This document shows positions 1-11,875 of a stretch of 64,000 bases of DNA, in pieces. The DNA is taken from positions 83,610-147,609 of the forward strand of contig MNCI01000627.1 in the NCBI GenBank assembly GCA_015680685.1, given 5' to 3'. Below the pieces are notes generated by a model that worked only from the letters and a program-made list of their open reading frames with translations, did no database searches and was not told the DNA's origin. Source of the DNA: Gnetum montanum. Lineage: Eukaryota > Plantae > Gnetophyta. Numbering within the stretch: position 1 is the stretch's first letter; every line of letters begins with the position of its first letter. A program made the position numbers and the translations under genes.

Positions 1-1251
1 TGGTTGCCTATTTATAGTTTTCGTAAGACCTGATATCGGGGGTGAAAAATTTGCATTTTTCATGAAGTTTTAAGGATGGAAAATGATTCTCTTTGAATGT
101 CTATAAGGTTTAGAGTAGATTTAGAGGGTTTTGGATGATAGATGATGCATGTTTCATCAAAAATTTGGCACAAATAGTGTGTAAAGAAGGAATCTTGGGC
201 TATGAAAGTTTAGAAGATGGATAAGAAGGATAATGAATCTATGTTGTTAGAAAAAATAGTGTAAATGATATGGGAAGTTTTTATTGATGTGGGAAGGCTC
301 AAGATGATGTGGAATCACTTGGCAAGTATAAGATACAACAAATATACAAGTGGATCCTTCCCAAAGTAGGCTCTAGCCATTAATGCCCTTGTATAACCAT
401 GCTTAAAAACATCCTTAGGCAATTAAGGAGTTGAATGTAATGCATACATGTTTAGTAAAACATACATGTTAGTACCACAAAATTTGGAAAATTACACTAT
501 GTTATACAAAATCACAAGTTATGACTATTTTTACAGTGAGATGGGATGGACTTAGAAGGGATTGCAGAAATCGAGACATGAGGTGTCTTACCATATGCAT
601 AATAAAACCTTGTGCTTTATTAGTGGTTAAAGTAATCACTAGCTATTCTATTCAAGATTCAAACCAAGTCCAAACCACATTCCAATGACATTGCATTGTT
701 TCATCGCTTGGAGTCACAACTGTAAGACTACCACTATTACAAGGAGTATTATCACTTGGTGTATTGTCCAAGGGATGAGTTTATTCATGACACTTTTCTT
801 TATTTTTTGAGATTTCTAGGAAGCTGGCTACCTTCAAGCATGGATAACATGTCTTTCTAGTGGGACCCCAAGAAATTTATTTTGTGCTCTATTATTATTA
901 TTTTTTCCTGTGTTAACCTTTCAAGGTAGCACTTATTTTACTCTTACTCCGATTTTTCATTAGATCTACAAGGATATAATACAACCTTAACAACATTATA
1001 GAACTTACAATAGTAATCCAAAAGAATCCACAAATTCCCTTGATGTCACACTTTTTACATTCCCACTTGGTTCTTCACTTTTTGGTCCAAGTATAATGAT
1101 TACAAGTTTATTCTTAGTTGTATACTAGAAAAGAATATCATTATGGTCATGGTAAGAACCTCTTATTAATAGAATGGATGGTGTGGACTCACTGTTCGAA
1201 TAATTAGTCCCTTATGACTTGATAACATAGATAAAATTTCATCTTATTAGA

Positions 1252-4139
1252 CTACATCTTGCCTTTATTCTTATTCAGATTGTTCCATGCATATTTTGAA
1301 TGGTTGAAGGTTCTCAATTGTTGGCCCCAATGTGTCTTTTGATTTGGTGGCCCCTGCTCTTTCTTTTGCGCACACTTGTTTTTCATTGTTGTTGTGGAGT
1401 GGTATGGTAACTGTGTTGACATTCTAAATGATTGGTCCATGACTACACCCTTTTCTTTCAATAGTCATGCATGGGATTCACTGTGTGTGTATGGCTCTGT
1501 GCTTATCCTCCTTAGAGATCTCAATGGATAGATCTCTCATACTTAGCTTAGAATCGATTGTGCTAAGCCATGCTCTCCCCATGATAATTGAAAATTTCTT
1601 ATCACCTTCTTTCACATCAATTACCAAAAAATTTATTGGATAAGACCACCCATTAATAGTGGTCACCATGTCCTCAATCTATCCCAAGGGAATGGCAATA
1701 GATTAATCTGCAAGCTCCAACTTGATATCACATTCCTTCAATGGTGAAAGGTTCCATGCTTCATATGTTTTGTAAGAGATCAAATTCACCCTGGAACCTG
1801 AGTCTAGTAGAGATTTACATGGCAAATTTCTAGCTACTCGTAAATAGATCAAAGAAACTCTTGGATCAATTCTCTTCTTATAGAGTATCCCTACCTTAAT
1901 CCAGTCTGTGACTATTATTGTAAGTATGACAATTTGCATGTTTTTGTTAAACCATGTTAAAAGCTTGTTGTTGGTAGGTGGATCTGATGTAGGAGAAGTT
2001 GGTCTTAATGAAGTTCTAATTCTACTGGCCTTTTTTAGACTTATCCTAAAGAAAGGATGTTTCTTTATCTAACCCTTAGTGTTGCTAATAGGATTTTCTA
2101 CTTGTATGTTCACTATCCTTATAGCTTTTCTATATTGTGGTTGTGATGGCAATTTCCCTTACATAATGGGTGGTGGCCCTAGTGGCATAGAATTGGAAGG
2201 GGGATTTGATGGGCCAGCTATTGGTGAATGTGCGTGAGGACTTTGACCCATCCTTGGAGTAGTAGTTCTGCAATATTCTCATGGATAATAAGGAGAAGAA
2301 GTTTGAATGGATGTGTTTCCTAGAGATATTGGATGCTAAACGTAATATCCATAAGGGTCTAGTTGCTTGTATGGATATTGTTGCCTATTGCCCATGTTTG
2401 CAGTTGCTACCACTACTGCTAATATTACTCCTATGGTTGAGGGTAGGCTCCTCTTGGGTAATATGTCAGCTGGAAGATTTTCTTGATATTACCTTGAGGA
2501 TAATCTAATCTTTTGGGCATTTGCTTTTTGATGAAGCTTAGATTAATTGCATATACCCCAGATTCTTACAAGTGGGCCATAATAGGACAACATCCCATAG
2601 GATGTTCATACTAGCACACATTGCATCCTTCCTCTTTCTTTGAACTAGAGTCAATGTACCCTTCAACGGTAGCAACTTTTCCTTTGTACTTGTAACTTTC
2701 TCATTTATTAACTCTTTTCTTCTTTCTTTCCTTGCCCCTATTAAGTGCTTGTTTAGCCTTTTCTTCCACAATCTTTAGGGCACTAGTAAACTTCTCATCC
2801 ATTGAATCCCAAACTTTCTCTACCTTAGTCGCTATATCATTGACTAATTTTTGAAGAGTCTTTTTCTGGATAACGTCTTCCAAGGTTTTGTCCTCTTGCT
2901 TGTCAAATAGCCACACATCTTTCTTCCTAATTGATGGGTCTCTATTATATTCTTCAGCTAACTCTCTCTTTTTAAGTTCTCCTTCCTCCTTTGTAACTTA
3001 TTCAATTAATCTCTAAATGCGATGGGAAGTTAATTTTGATAATCTGCCTTAGGCATAAACCCCAAGAGTTTCTCTAGTTTTTCTCCACAACCCATCTACA
3101 ATATGCCTGAACTGTTCCCTTGGTGAAAATCCATGGCCTAGGTATTTGTGCAATAATGATTGGTATTTGCCCACTACTACAACAAGGGTCTCATGAGTCC
3201 CTTTCTTTCACCCCTGAATCTATTTTCTTAAGTTGGATAATCACTGATAAGTTTGATATTTATCATTGAAGAGTTTGAGCATGGTACTCTGGCATCTGAT
3301 TGACTTAGGTTTTAGTGACCTGTACCAGCTCTCTACCTCCTTCACAAGTGTTCTAGGAAACAAATTTAATTTTTGCTAATCACTTTTGATATTTTGTAAG
3401 GCATAGGCATTGTGGAAAGCTTCAAGGTGATGTTGTGGATCAACATTGTAGCCACCTCAAATTGTGGCATGTTGTTCATGTCGAGCTGTTTTATTTGGCT
3501 ATCCCCCACGTGCTTGGTTGGAATGTGAATAGCTTTCTAGATGTTGATCATACTATGAGTTACCATCAAGGGTTCATTGTCTTAATCGAGTTTGTGCACT
3601 CTGTTATAGTAGTACCCCCTTCTATGCTCATCCCTTTCATAATTTCTATGATCCCTCATCTTCCAAATCGGAATGTCCCGCATAACGGTCATGATGGTCA
3701 TAGTGGTCATGAGTTCTCCTCTCTTCCCTGTCATGGTTCTTGTACTTTTACCTCCTTCTGTCAAAGTCTTTTGATGATCATGAGGATGTGGGTGAGGTAG
3801 TAGGAGAACAATGTCAACTTGTCCTCTTGCAATGACTCTAATGTTCTTCTCAGTGGGATTCATTAAGAACTCTTGGCCTTAAGTCTCACCTATGCCTTGA
3901 GTTTTTTTCCTCCCAACTAAGCATCTCTGCTAATTTGGAGTGTGATTTATTCCTAATAAGTTCATCCAATCCAATGATAGGCATTTGGGACTGGAACTCA
4001 TGATTATAGTGGAGTTGCTTAGCAATGAATACATCTCCATCAAGCTCCTCCAAGAAAATAGTAGAATTAATTATCTTTCCTTTGTCTTGTTCATTGCTTG
4101 CCTCCATGGCATGGTCCTTTCTTAATTGCTCATCAATAG
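1252..4139 (-). pseudogene. Degenerate gag-aspartic protease of element C (3' part)
   Basis: ORF fragments 3886-4107, 2701-2916, 1703-1939 (LLDSGS) and 1478-1669 (FLVID...IIMGRAWL) are colinear with element A gag/PR; multiple stops and frameshifts. Confidence 0.85.
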
Positions 4140-4144
4140 GTTCA

Positions 4145-4995
4145 TGATGAGCGGCTAGGTACCCCTACGTCCAACCATGTGAATCACAGGTGTTCACACG
4201 CGACTCGGTCGAATTCTGTAGATTGTAAGCACTTTGCATACACCAAACCCTAACCAGCAAAACCTTGTGTTAGAATGGTCGCTATCTTCTCAACCTCACT
4301 TGTGATGTTCTAATGGCAATGGTTAAGTCAGATTGAGGCACATGATTTTTATGGCTTTTTGCTTTATCTTTTGGTGTCTAATTCTTAGAATGGAAAGTAA
4401 GGTTGAAATATTATCTATAATTATCCTAATATATATCTTAACTATTCCTAGCATAAGTGTCTGATCCCATCTTCCGGGCACGTCCTGAGCATCCCCTAAC
4501 CAGTACTGGGTTACCAGACGTTAAGCGTCACTAGGTTGCCAAGTGTTGGGTTCACGTTCGATATGGTCGTACTTATGGTTTTTATGAACTATGAAAGAGT
4601 GATAGTGATTGAAATAACAACAACAGAAACTTAAGTAATTATCAAAGCATAACAATATTAAACTATTAAATGCATTAAATAACTAAGTCCAATTGCTGCA
4701 AGGAATGCTTGAAAAGTTCGTCTTTATTACTGTTCACGCCAATGGGCTCAGATACATCAATGCTCGAATAAAGAGTCAGACACCTTTCTTACACCTACTA
4801 TGGGCACTTGGAAAATATTCTAACTCTCACAAAAACAAACTACAAGAGCTTTGCTACAACTGCCAAAAAGGTACCTAAGTGAGGCAGAAGCCCTCTTATT
4901 TATATGCCGAAATAGGCTCCGCGTAAATGGGGTCACGTCGACGTGGCCACGTATACGCGGCCTAGTCGACGCATCGACTATTTAACACTTCATCA
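4145..4995 (-). repeat. 3' LTR of element A
   Basis: TGATG...CATCA termini, adjacent PPT, roughly 93% similar by eye to 21870-22755. Confidence 0.95.
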
Positions 4996-5242
4996 TACCC
5001 CCATGACTGAGTAAAAACTCCTCCTCGAGTTCCTCTACAATTTGGAAAGTATGGACTTTTATTTACAACACACATGACTTAACACACACATGACACAACA
5101 CCAACTTTACTGACGCACCAAGTGCCCGAGTATGCAGAGAAGAACAAATTAAAAAAATGGTGATGTTTAGAGATACAATTGAACACCCTACCGATCCTGG
5201 ATTCTTTGATGTGTTGAAAGATACAAAAATTGCCAGAGAAGA

Positions 5243-8057
5243 TCACACTATCCCTGGTGGCAGTGGTTTCGACGGACCTTCACTAGCCTCTAGCCCATGT
5301 GGTGGCGATGGCACAAATGATGGCTACCACGCAGCAACTACAACTTTTGGAGGCAATCGGAAAACCTCCAAAAGGGCTCTCATCTTTTCCTCCTTACTTC
5401 TGGGATTGTTCACTGTCTAGGCAACTTCACCAATGTGTGTTGGGACAGAAACCTCCCAAGGGCATGGCAGCACAGGGAAAAGTTCTTTCAAGTTGATGAA
5501 CCAGGCTACGAACTGTTTCCATTCGATGTCAAATGCTTGAATTGATGTCTATAGCTACTGGTAGTCATTTATTCGACAGGCTAGGTTCTCTACGACCATA
5601 CGTTGTCCTTCAAATTACGTGCGTAGAACCTCGAGTTCCGCATTTGCTATTTCCAATTTTTGTTTCGTTGCTTTGTGCGCTTGGAACTCGCCCTTGTATA
5701 GAGAATACGAGGTGGCCACTTGCTTTTCCAATTTAGACCACGGTCTCTCAGTTGTGAGCATAGCCAGGTTTGCATAGCAAAGGTTGGCAAGCTCCATATA
5801 CTCTGTCATTTTCTCAATCTTCAGTTCCTTGAGGTGGACTTCAGCTTGATTGTAGGCATTCAACCCATCAAAGATAGGTTGCCATACCTTGCCTCCTTCT
5901 TGGAGCTGCTAGAGTGCTTGGTTCATCTTAGCCTTTGCGACTTGAATCTATTTTTCATTCACTTCCTTTTGTAATCCCACTTGGTCCTTGTAATGATTCT
6001 TGACTTTTTCAAATTTTAGGGCCTCGTTCTTCCAAGCAACGATTTCGATGGCAGATTTCTATCACAAATTTTGAACCTCCTCCATGGACGGATTTTGATT
6101 CTCAATGGCCAACCTTCTCACATCATCATTCACCTTGGCTAGCTCTTCCTGCTGTTGGTGAATAAAATTTTTCATGTGCTTGTTTTCAACACCAACAGTG
6201 CGCAGGCGATGGACCTCCGTAGTCAACCTGAAGTTCTCCTGGCGAACCTCTATCAAGTCACTGTTTAAATGATATGTCTGAGCATTTGCCAAGGAATTAT
6301 CAAGGATCGTCAACTCTCAATCATCCTCAACTATCTGAAGTTTGACCTGAAGCTATTGAAAGGCTTCATCTCTAGTGAGCTCATGGTTGAGAAGAGCTAG
6401 ATCGACAAGTTCAATTCTTAATTGGACAACTTCTATTGCCAAGCATTGACAAGTAGCTTGAGCAGCTTCAAGTTGCCCTTCCAAAATGAGGCTCTTAGCC
6501 CTTGCCAAGAGCAGCTCTGATTAGGTTGCAGTGATGTTATCCAGAAGGTCAAAGACATATGGAAGCAATTGCTTGATTCCTACCAGTCAGTCCAATAGTT
6601 CTTCATGTTGTGCTGCATCAATTTTGCTACGTGAGGTTCCAACGAATGCCTGTACATCTTGAAGTCCATGTACGTCTGGTACAAGTGCCACCAATGCGTT
6701 GAGAGCCATAGTAATCGTATCATCAACCACTTTGGCCGTAATCTCCTGTCCTTGGTATTGCATCACCAGGACTGTTGCCCTCTCGCCATCTTCCAAGCAT
6801 ACCGAGAAGGTAGCAGCATTTCCTGAAATTTCAGGAAATAACTGTTGAGTGGATACTGTTACCTCTCAGATGCTAGGATACTTGTGTTTGGGCGGTGAAG
6901 AACATTGGTCATGCTCTTTCTAGCAAAATGACTAATCGAGCCACTTGCTCCAGGTGGCTCATTGCAGGGGGATAGACCGAAGGGTCTTCTCCTCCACCGG
7001 TCCTTCCAGATTACTCTTACTGGCTCAAGAGCAATTGTTGAATTTCATGGATGTGTTCTACAATAGTTTGCGAACCCGACCTTGTTGTTTGTGCAGGTGG
7101 TGGAGGTGGTTGCTGCTCTTCCTCCGTTTGTGTAGTGGCCGGAGTCCTATCCTTTATCATTTCGTGCCATGAGGCAATCAGGGCATGCCAGAGTATATCA
7201 TTGGCATACTGTGCTATCCTTGTTCATTTTCATAACTTTCTAATTAGGCAGGGGAAGGGGAGAGCTCATCTTCCACATTTGCTTTCAGCGAACCTCTTTT
7301 CAATTTCCAAGAATAACAACTATGGAAGGCTCATTGGAAATTTTCCATTTAAGGCGACGCATGCACAAGCGGAGAAGGTCGTGTTTTGCTGGGTCTTACC
7401 GTTGGGTTTAGGTGGTAAGATGTAATCTTTGAATACACCCTCTCCATGGTGGTTAGAGTGTCAAACTCCTTGCGATCCACCCCATAGCACCGTCTGATCC
7501 ACTTCGATTTTACCTGAAGGTCTACTTGCTTCAGGATCTCTGCCACATCTACTCCGATCTCTGGCAACCCCAAAGCTTGCGTGATTGCTTCTGTAGAGTA
7601 AGAGACATAGATGTCCTTAATCCTTACTCTAGACCTCGATTGCTGATTTGTCCAAAATAGGTAGATCTCTCCTAAGTACCATTCACCACTGGTTGTGATG
7701 ATTGGCCACATAGGAGAGTTTTGTAATTGAAGCCTCACATCTTCTGGTGCGTTTTCGAGAAATGGTCCAAAGTTTAACTCTTGTAGAACCATCTGTTGCA
7801 CTTCTCACGGCTTGATAGCATCAAGACATGCTTGGATCAGGGTGACCTCAAGCTGTGGTGCTATCCCTGGAGTTTCATCCCCTTGCGATTACTCATTGGG
7901 AATCTCCTCTTCGGGAATCTAATGGACAGATTCTAGTTGCATGAGAGCCCTCCGTGTGCTCTAGTTGCTGCACACCTTGTCCTCTTCCCATCCGTGGATG
8001 CTTGTCCCTAGGTTGTGATGGTCCTTCACCCCTTGGATTCCTTGGTTTTGGTGCCAT
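5243..8057 (-). pseudogene. Accessory ('env-like' position) ORF of element A: putative plant transposon protein (Transposase_32-like) domain, coiled coil and conserved C-terminal motif; disrupted
   Basis: ATG at 8057 directly after acceptor TTGATTGCAG. Fragments 7349-7801, 6587-6796, 6062-6313 and 5615-5863, plus the motif LPFPCLI.KL, are colinear and homologous with the element D ORF. Domain name is from motif recognition, not a search. Confidence 0.75.
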
Positions 8058-8470
8058 CTGCAATCAAACATAACCACCAATTAGACTGTGCACAAGTTGC
8101 TCAAAATGGCCCTCATACACCTTCTTAGTTTGACTTAGTTATAATGCTGGCACGGGCATTTCATTAAATCCCCCAGAGTGTTAATTCATGGGTTAGAGCC
8201 AAAAACAACAAGGATTCAGTTGGAGTTTAAGCTATTGTTTTCGTTTATTCCCTTAGAGATGCGAATTCTTAATTAACTAATTAATTAATTACACATAGGC
8301 TTCACCCCCCACAACTGAGAGCATACCTCTTAGTGCTTAAAGAGGGTAAGGATCGGTTGATGCAGACGCATGATAGAACATAGGTGCTTAGAAAGAAGTT
8401 AGGTATAAAAAATGGTAAAATCTCCCCCCAATTTGTTTGCAACATGATGGAAATCCTAGGCGCAACAGGC

Positions 8471-8560
8471 ATATATATAGGGGTTGGGCGTTGTGCCGAT
8501 GGGGTAGCATATACGCAGGGGGCTGCATATACGAGGCCTCGTATACGCAGGGGGTCACAC
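8471..8560 (-). promoter_or_regulatory. Putative internal promoter of the element A accessory gene
   Basis: CTATATATAT box at 8480-8471; three (G/C)(C)RTATACG-type repeats at 8507-8548; downstream GT donor at 8326 and AG acceptor at 8058-8059 directly before the ATG. Confidence 0.55.
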
Positions 8561-8981
8561 CAGTTGACCAGCGTTGACCAGCCAGAAAAAACCCAAAAAG
8601 ATGAATTTGAAACGTCAAATTGGGACGGTTGAAGAGCATGAGAGATTCGGAATGCTGCAGAGGGCAAGAGGAAGGGAAGTCGAGTTAGAAAAAGAGTCAA
8701 AGGTAGGAGAACGTGGTGAGAAAGAATTCCATGGGAAAGAAATCAAGCGACGGATAGCATGGAAACAAGTCACCACAAACCAAGGGGATGGGAGACTAAC
8801 AAGCAGAACCAGGAATATGCAAGTAGGTCCTCCCCATAGCAAGAGGTAGCCTTAGTAGCCCTTGCATATCCTCAACACTGGGGTCCATGGGTCCCAGGGC
8901 TAAGGAATGGTAATCACAAGTGAATACTCCCATCCATGAGAACCTGCTAAGACATGAGACGTGCAAAGGAATCACGACAAA

Positions 8982-9847
8982 TGATGAAGCGCTAAGCAGT
9001 TGATGCATCGACTGCGTTGACACGGTCCTATCGACGCATCCCTCCATGCGTCGACGTGGCCCTATTTACGCAGAGCCTGTTTTAGCCTATAAAAAAGTGG
9101 CTCTCCGCCACACTTAGGGACCTTTTAGTCAATTGTAGTGAAGCTTTTGTAGTTTTTTTCCGTAGGAGAGAATATTTTCCAAGTGCCCGCAGCAAGTATA
9201 AGAAAAATGATCGGCTCTTTTTCGAGCATTGATGTATCTGAGCCCATTGGCGTGACGACAATAAAGACGAACTCTTCAAGCATTCCTTGTAGCATTTGGA
9301 CTTAGTCATTTAATGCATTCAATAGCTTAATATTTATATGCCTTGATAATTACTTAAGTTTCTTGAATTATTAGTTTAATCGCTATTGTTCATTCATAGT
9401 TCATAGAAACCATAAGTACGACCGTCTCAAACGTAAACCCAACGCTTGGTAACCCAGTGACACTTAACGTCTGGTAATCTAGTAGTGGTTAGGGAATGCT
9501 TAGGATGTGCCTAAAAGATGGGATTGGATAATTATGCTAGGAATAGTTAAGATATAGATTAGGATAATTATAGATTAGATAATATTTCATTCCTTAATTT
9601 TCATATCTTAATTAGACGCCAAAAGATAAAGTAAAAAGCTATAAAAATTAGTTGCCTCAATCTCACCTAACCATTGCCACTAGAACACCACAAGTGAGGT
9701 TGGAAAGACAACAACCGTTCTAACCAAGGGTTTGCTAGTTAAGGTTTGGTATATGTTAAGTGCTTACAGTCTACGGAATTCAATCAAGTTGCGTGTGAAT
9801 GCCCGTGATTCGCATGGTTGGGAATAGGGGTACCTAGCCACTCATCA
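8982..9847 (+). repeat. 5' LTR of element B
   Basis: TGATGAAG...CTCATCA followed by PBS; homologous to the LTRs of A. Confidence 0.95.
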
Positions 9848-9985
9848 TTGGCGCCGTTACTAGGGATGATGCTAGTTATCTAGATTAGTTATATCATACA
9901 AGGTTGCTGTATAGGAATTAACGATATATCTTTTAAGAAGAAAAGTTTATAAAAAGTCACACATAAATTCACACACAATCTCACA

Positions 9986-11875
9986 ATGATGCCTCTCCTA
10001 CAAGACAATAATAATGTCACACCTAGTAAGGAAGTTCATTGGAGAACCAATGAACTATATGACAATGAAGATTGGAGTATGCAACCCGAGGTGGGGGTTT
10101 CTTATAAACATAAACGAAAGCAACATCATCCCAACACACAAAAGCATAACTTACCTGATGACGATGAACCGCCTCTAGCCACTACAAGCCTAACACAAAT
10201 ACAAGAGGCTGTTCGAATCTCCCATAGGCATCGTAAAGAGAGCCGTCTACCCAGGCTTGATTTAAACAACTTCCCTAATTTTTTAGAAGGCTATGACTTA
10301 GATCTGCATCAACATTTACAAGNNNNNNNNNNNNNNNNNNNNNNNNNNNNNNNNNNNNNNNNNNNNNNNNNNNNNNNNNNNNNNNNNNNNNNNNNNNNNN
10401 NNNNNNNNNNNNNNNNNNNNNNNNNNNNNNNNNNNNNNNNNNNNNNNNNNNNNNNNNNNNNNNNNNNNNNNNNNNNNNNNNNNNNNNNNNNNNNNNNNNN
10501 NNNNNNNNNNNNNNNNNNNNNNNNNNNNNNNNNNNNNNNNNNNNNNNNNNNNNNNNNNNNNNNNNNNNNNNNNNNNNNNNNNNNNNNNNNNNNNNNNNNA
10601 TGGGAGAGTGTTGAAAAACATCAATGGGACTAAAGTCTTAATTTAACAAAGGTCCATGATCATAAAAAGGAGAAATCAACCAATCTCAAGGTGGAAGAAC
10701 CATCTTTGCCAATACAACAATCGTTAGAAGAAGTCGAGGCAAAGATCAATAAGATGTTGGAATGGACGTATAAAAAGTGTGGAGAATATATTGATATTAT
10801 CGGAGATAGAGTTTTAACAACCCGAAAAGTAGGACAAAGTATCACTAGACAATGGGAAAGAAGGGTAGAAGAAAATAAGAGCCCAACCGCCAATCATACG
10901 TATGAATGCAACATATGCCTGTACGATCACCCCAAGGGTCAATGACCAATCTTGTTACATTTATATGAGCATTGGGGAAACACATTACACCCAGAGTTCA
11001 TACAGAAATACTGTGTTCGATCACAGTGGCAAAAATCCCAGTTGTGAGGGAAGCCACCCCTAAACTGAAGACACCCTTTGTACCAACCGAACCCAAATGC
11101 TTATCTAGTCCAATACCCTGTTTTTCCAACTGGGCCAACATACTCTATCTCACCGCATTGCCATTCTCCCCAATACTATCAACCCATATCCTCTCCAACA
11201 CAACCACCACCTTGGATACCTTACACTTCTCCTCATTTGCCACATTCTCAAACTTTTCCTCCTTCTACATTGCCACCAACTATTCCTAAGGCACCTGCAC
11301 CACAACAACAACCTCCAAACGTTACTTGTGCTACTGTCTCCAACAGCAGTGAGAAGCCTCCTCAACATCGAAGGCATCCCTTTTTTAGAAATGACCCTAG
11401 GAAGGGACAACACAATTTCGAGGCCACTACATCCTCCAACTCAGCACAAGTTCCACACTGTGGTGCACTCTTATCTTCGAACCCAACGCCTCATGTTACT
11501 TCATTAGGGCCACCAACAAACACTCCAACAACCATACGACCTAATGAACATAGGCATGGAAGGCAACGTCCTGATCCTTGCATACCATCTTTTGGTCACA
11601 AACATCATAGTGGGTCAACTACTTATCCAAGAACCACATCTTACAAATTTTCCCACTATGCTTACTATAATCAGGTGTGTGAACCTCGATGGGGTAAATA
11701 TGATCAAGTCCGAATATTTCCAACATGCAAGGATCCTCATAATCCATTTATTAATCCTTGCCATCCTCAACCATTTAGTTATGGAGAATATCCCCCATTC
11801 TACATAACAAGTAAGATTAATAGCCACCTTTTATTTTCTTTAATTTTACAACTTTTTTGTTTTCCAGTTCTTTAG
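9986..11875 (+). pseudogene. Degenerate gag of element B
   Basis: C-x2-C-x3-H knuckle, Pro-rich tail and HPFFR motif shared with element C gag; interrupted by the N gap at 10323-10599. Confidence 0.7.

Noticed and set aside
5243-8057. True retroviral envelope gene
   Set aside because: No signal peptide or transmembrane anchor is visible; only its position resembles env.
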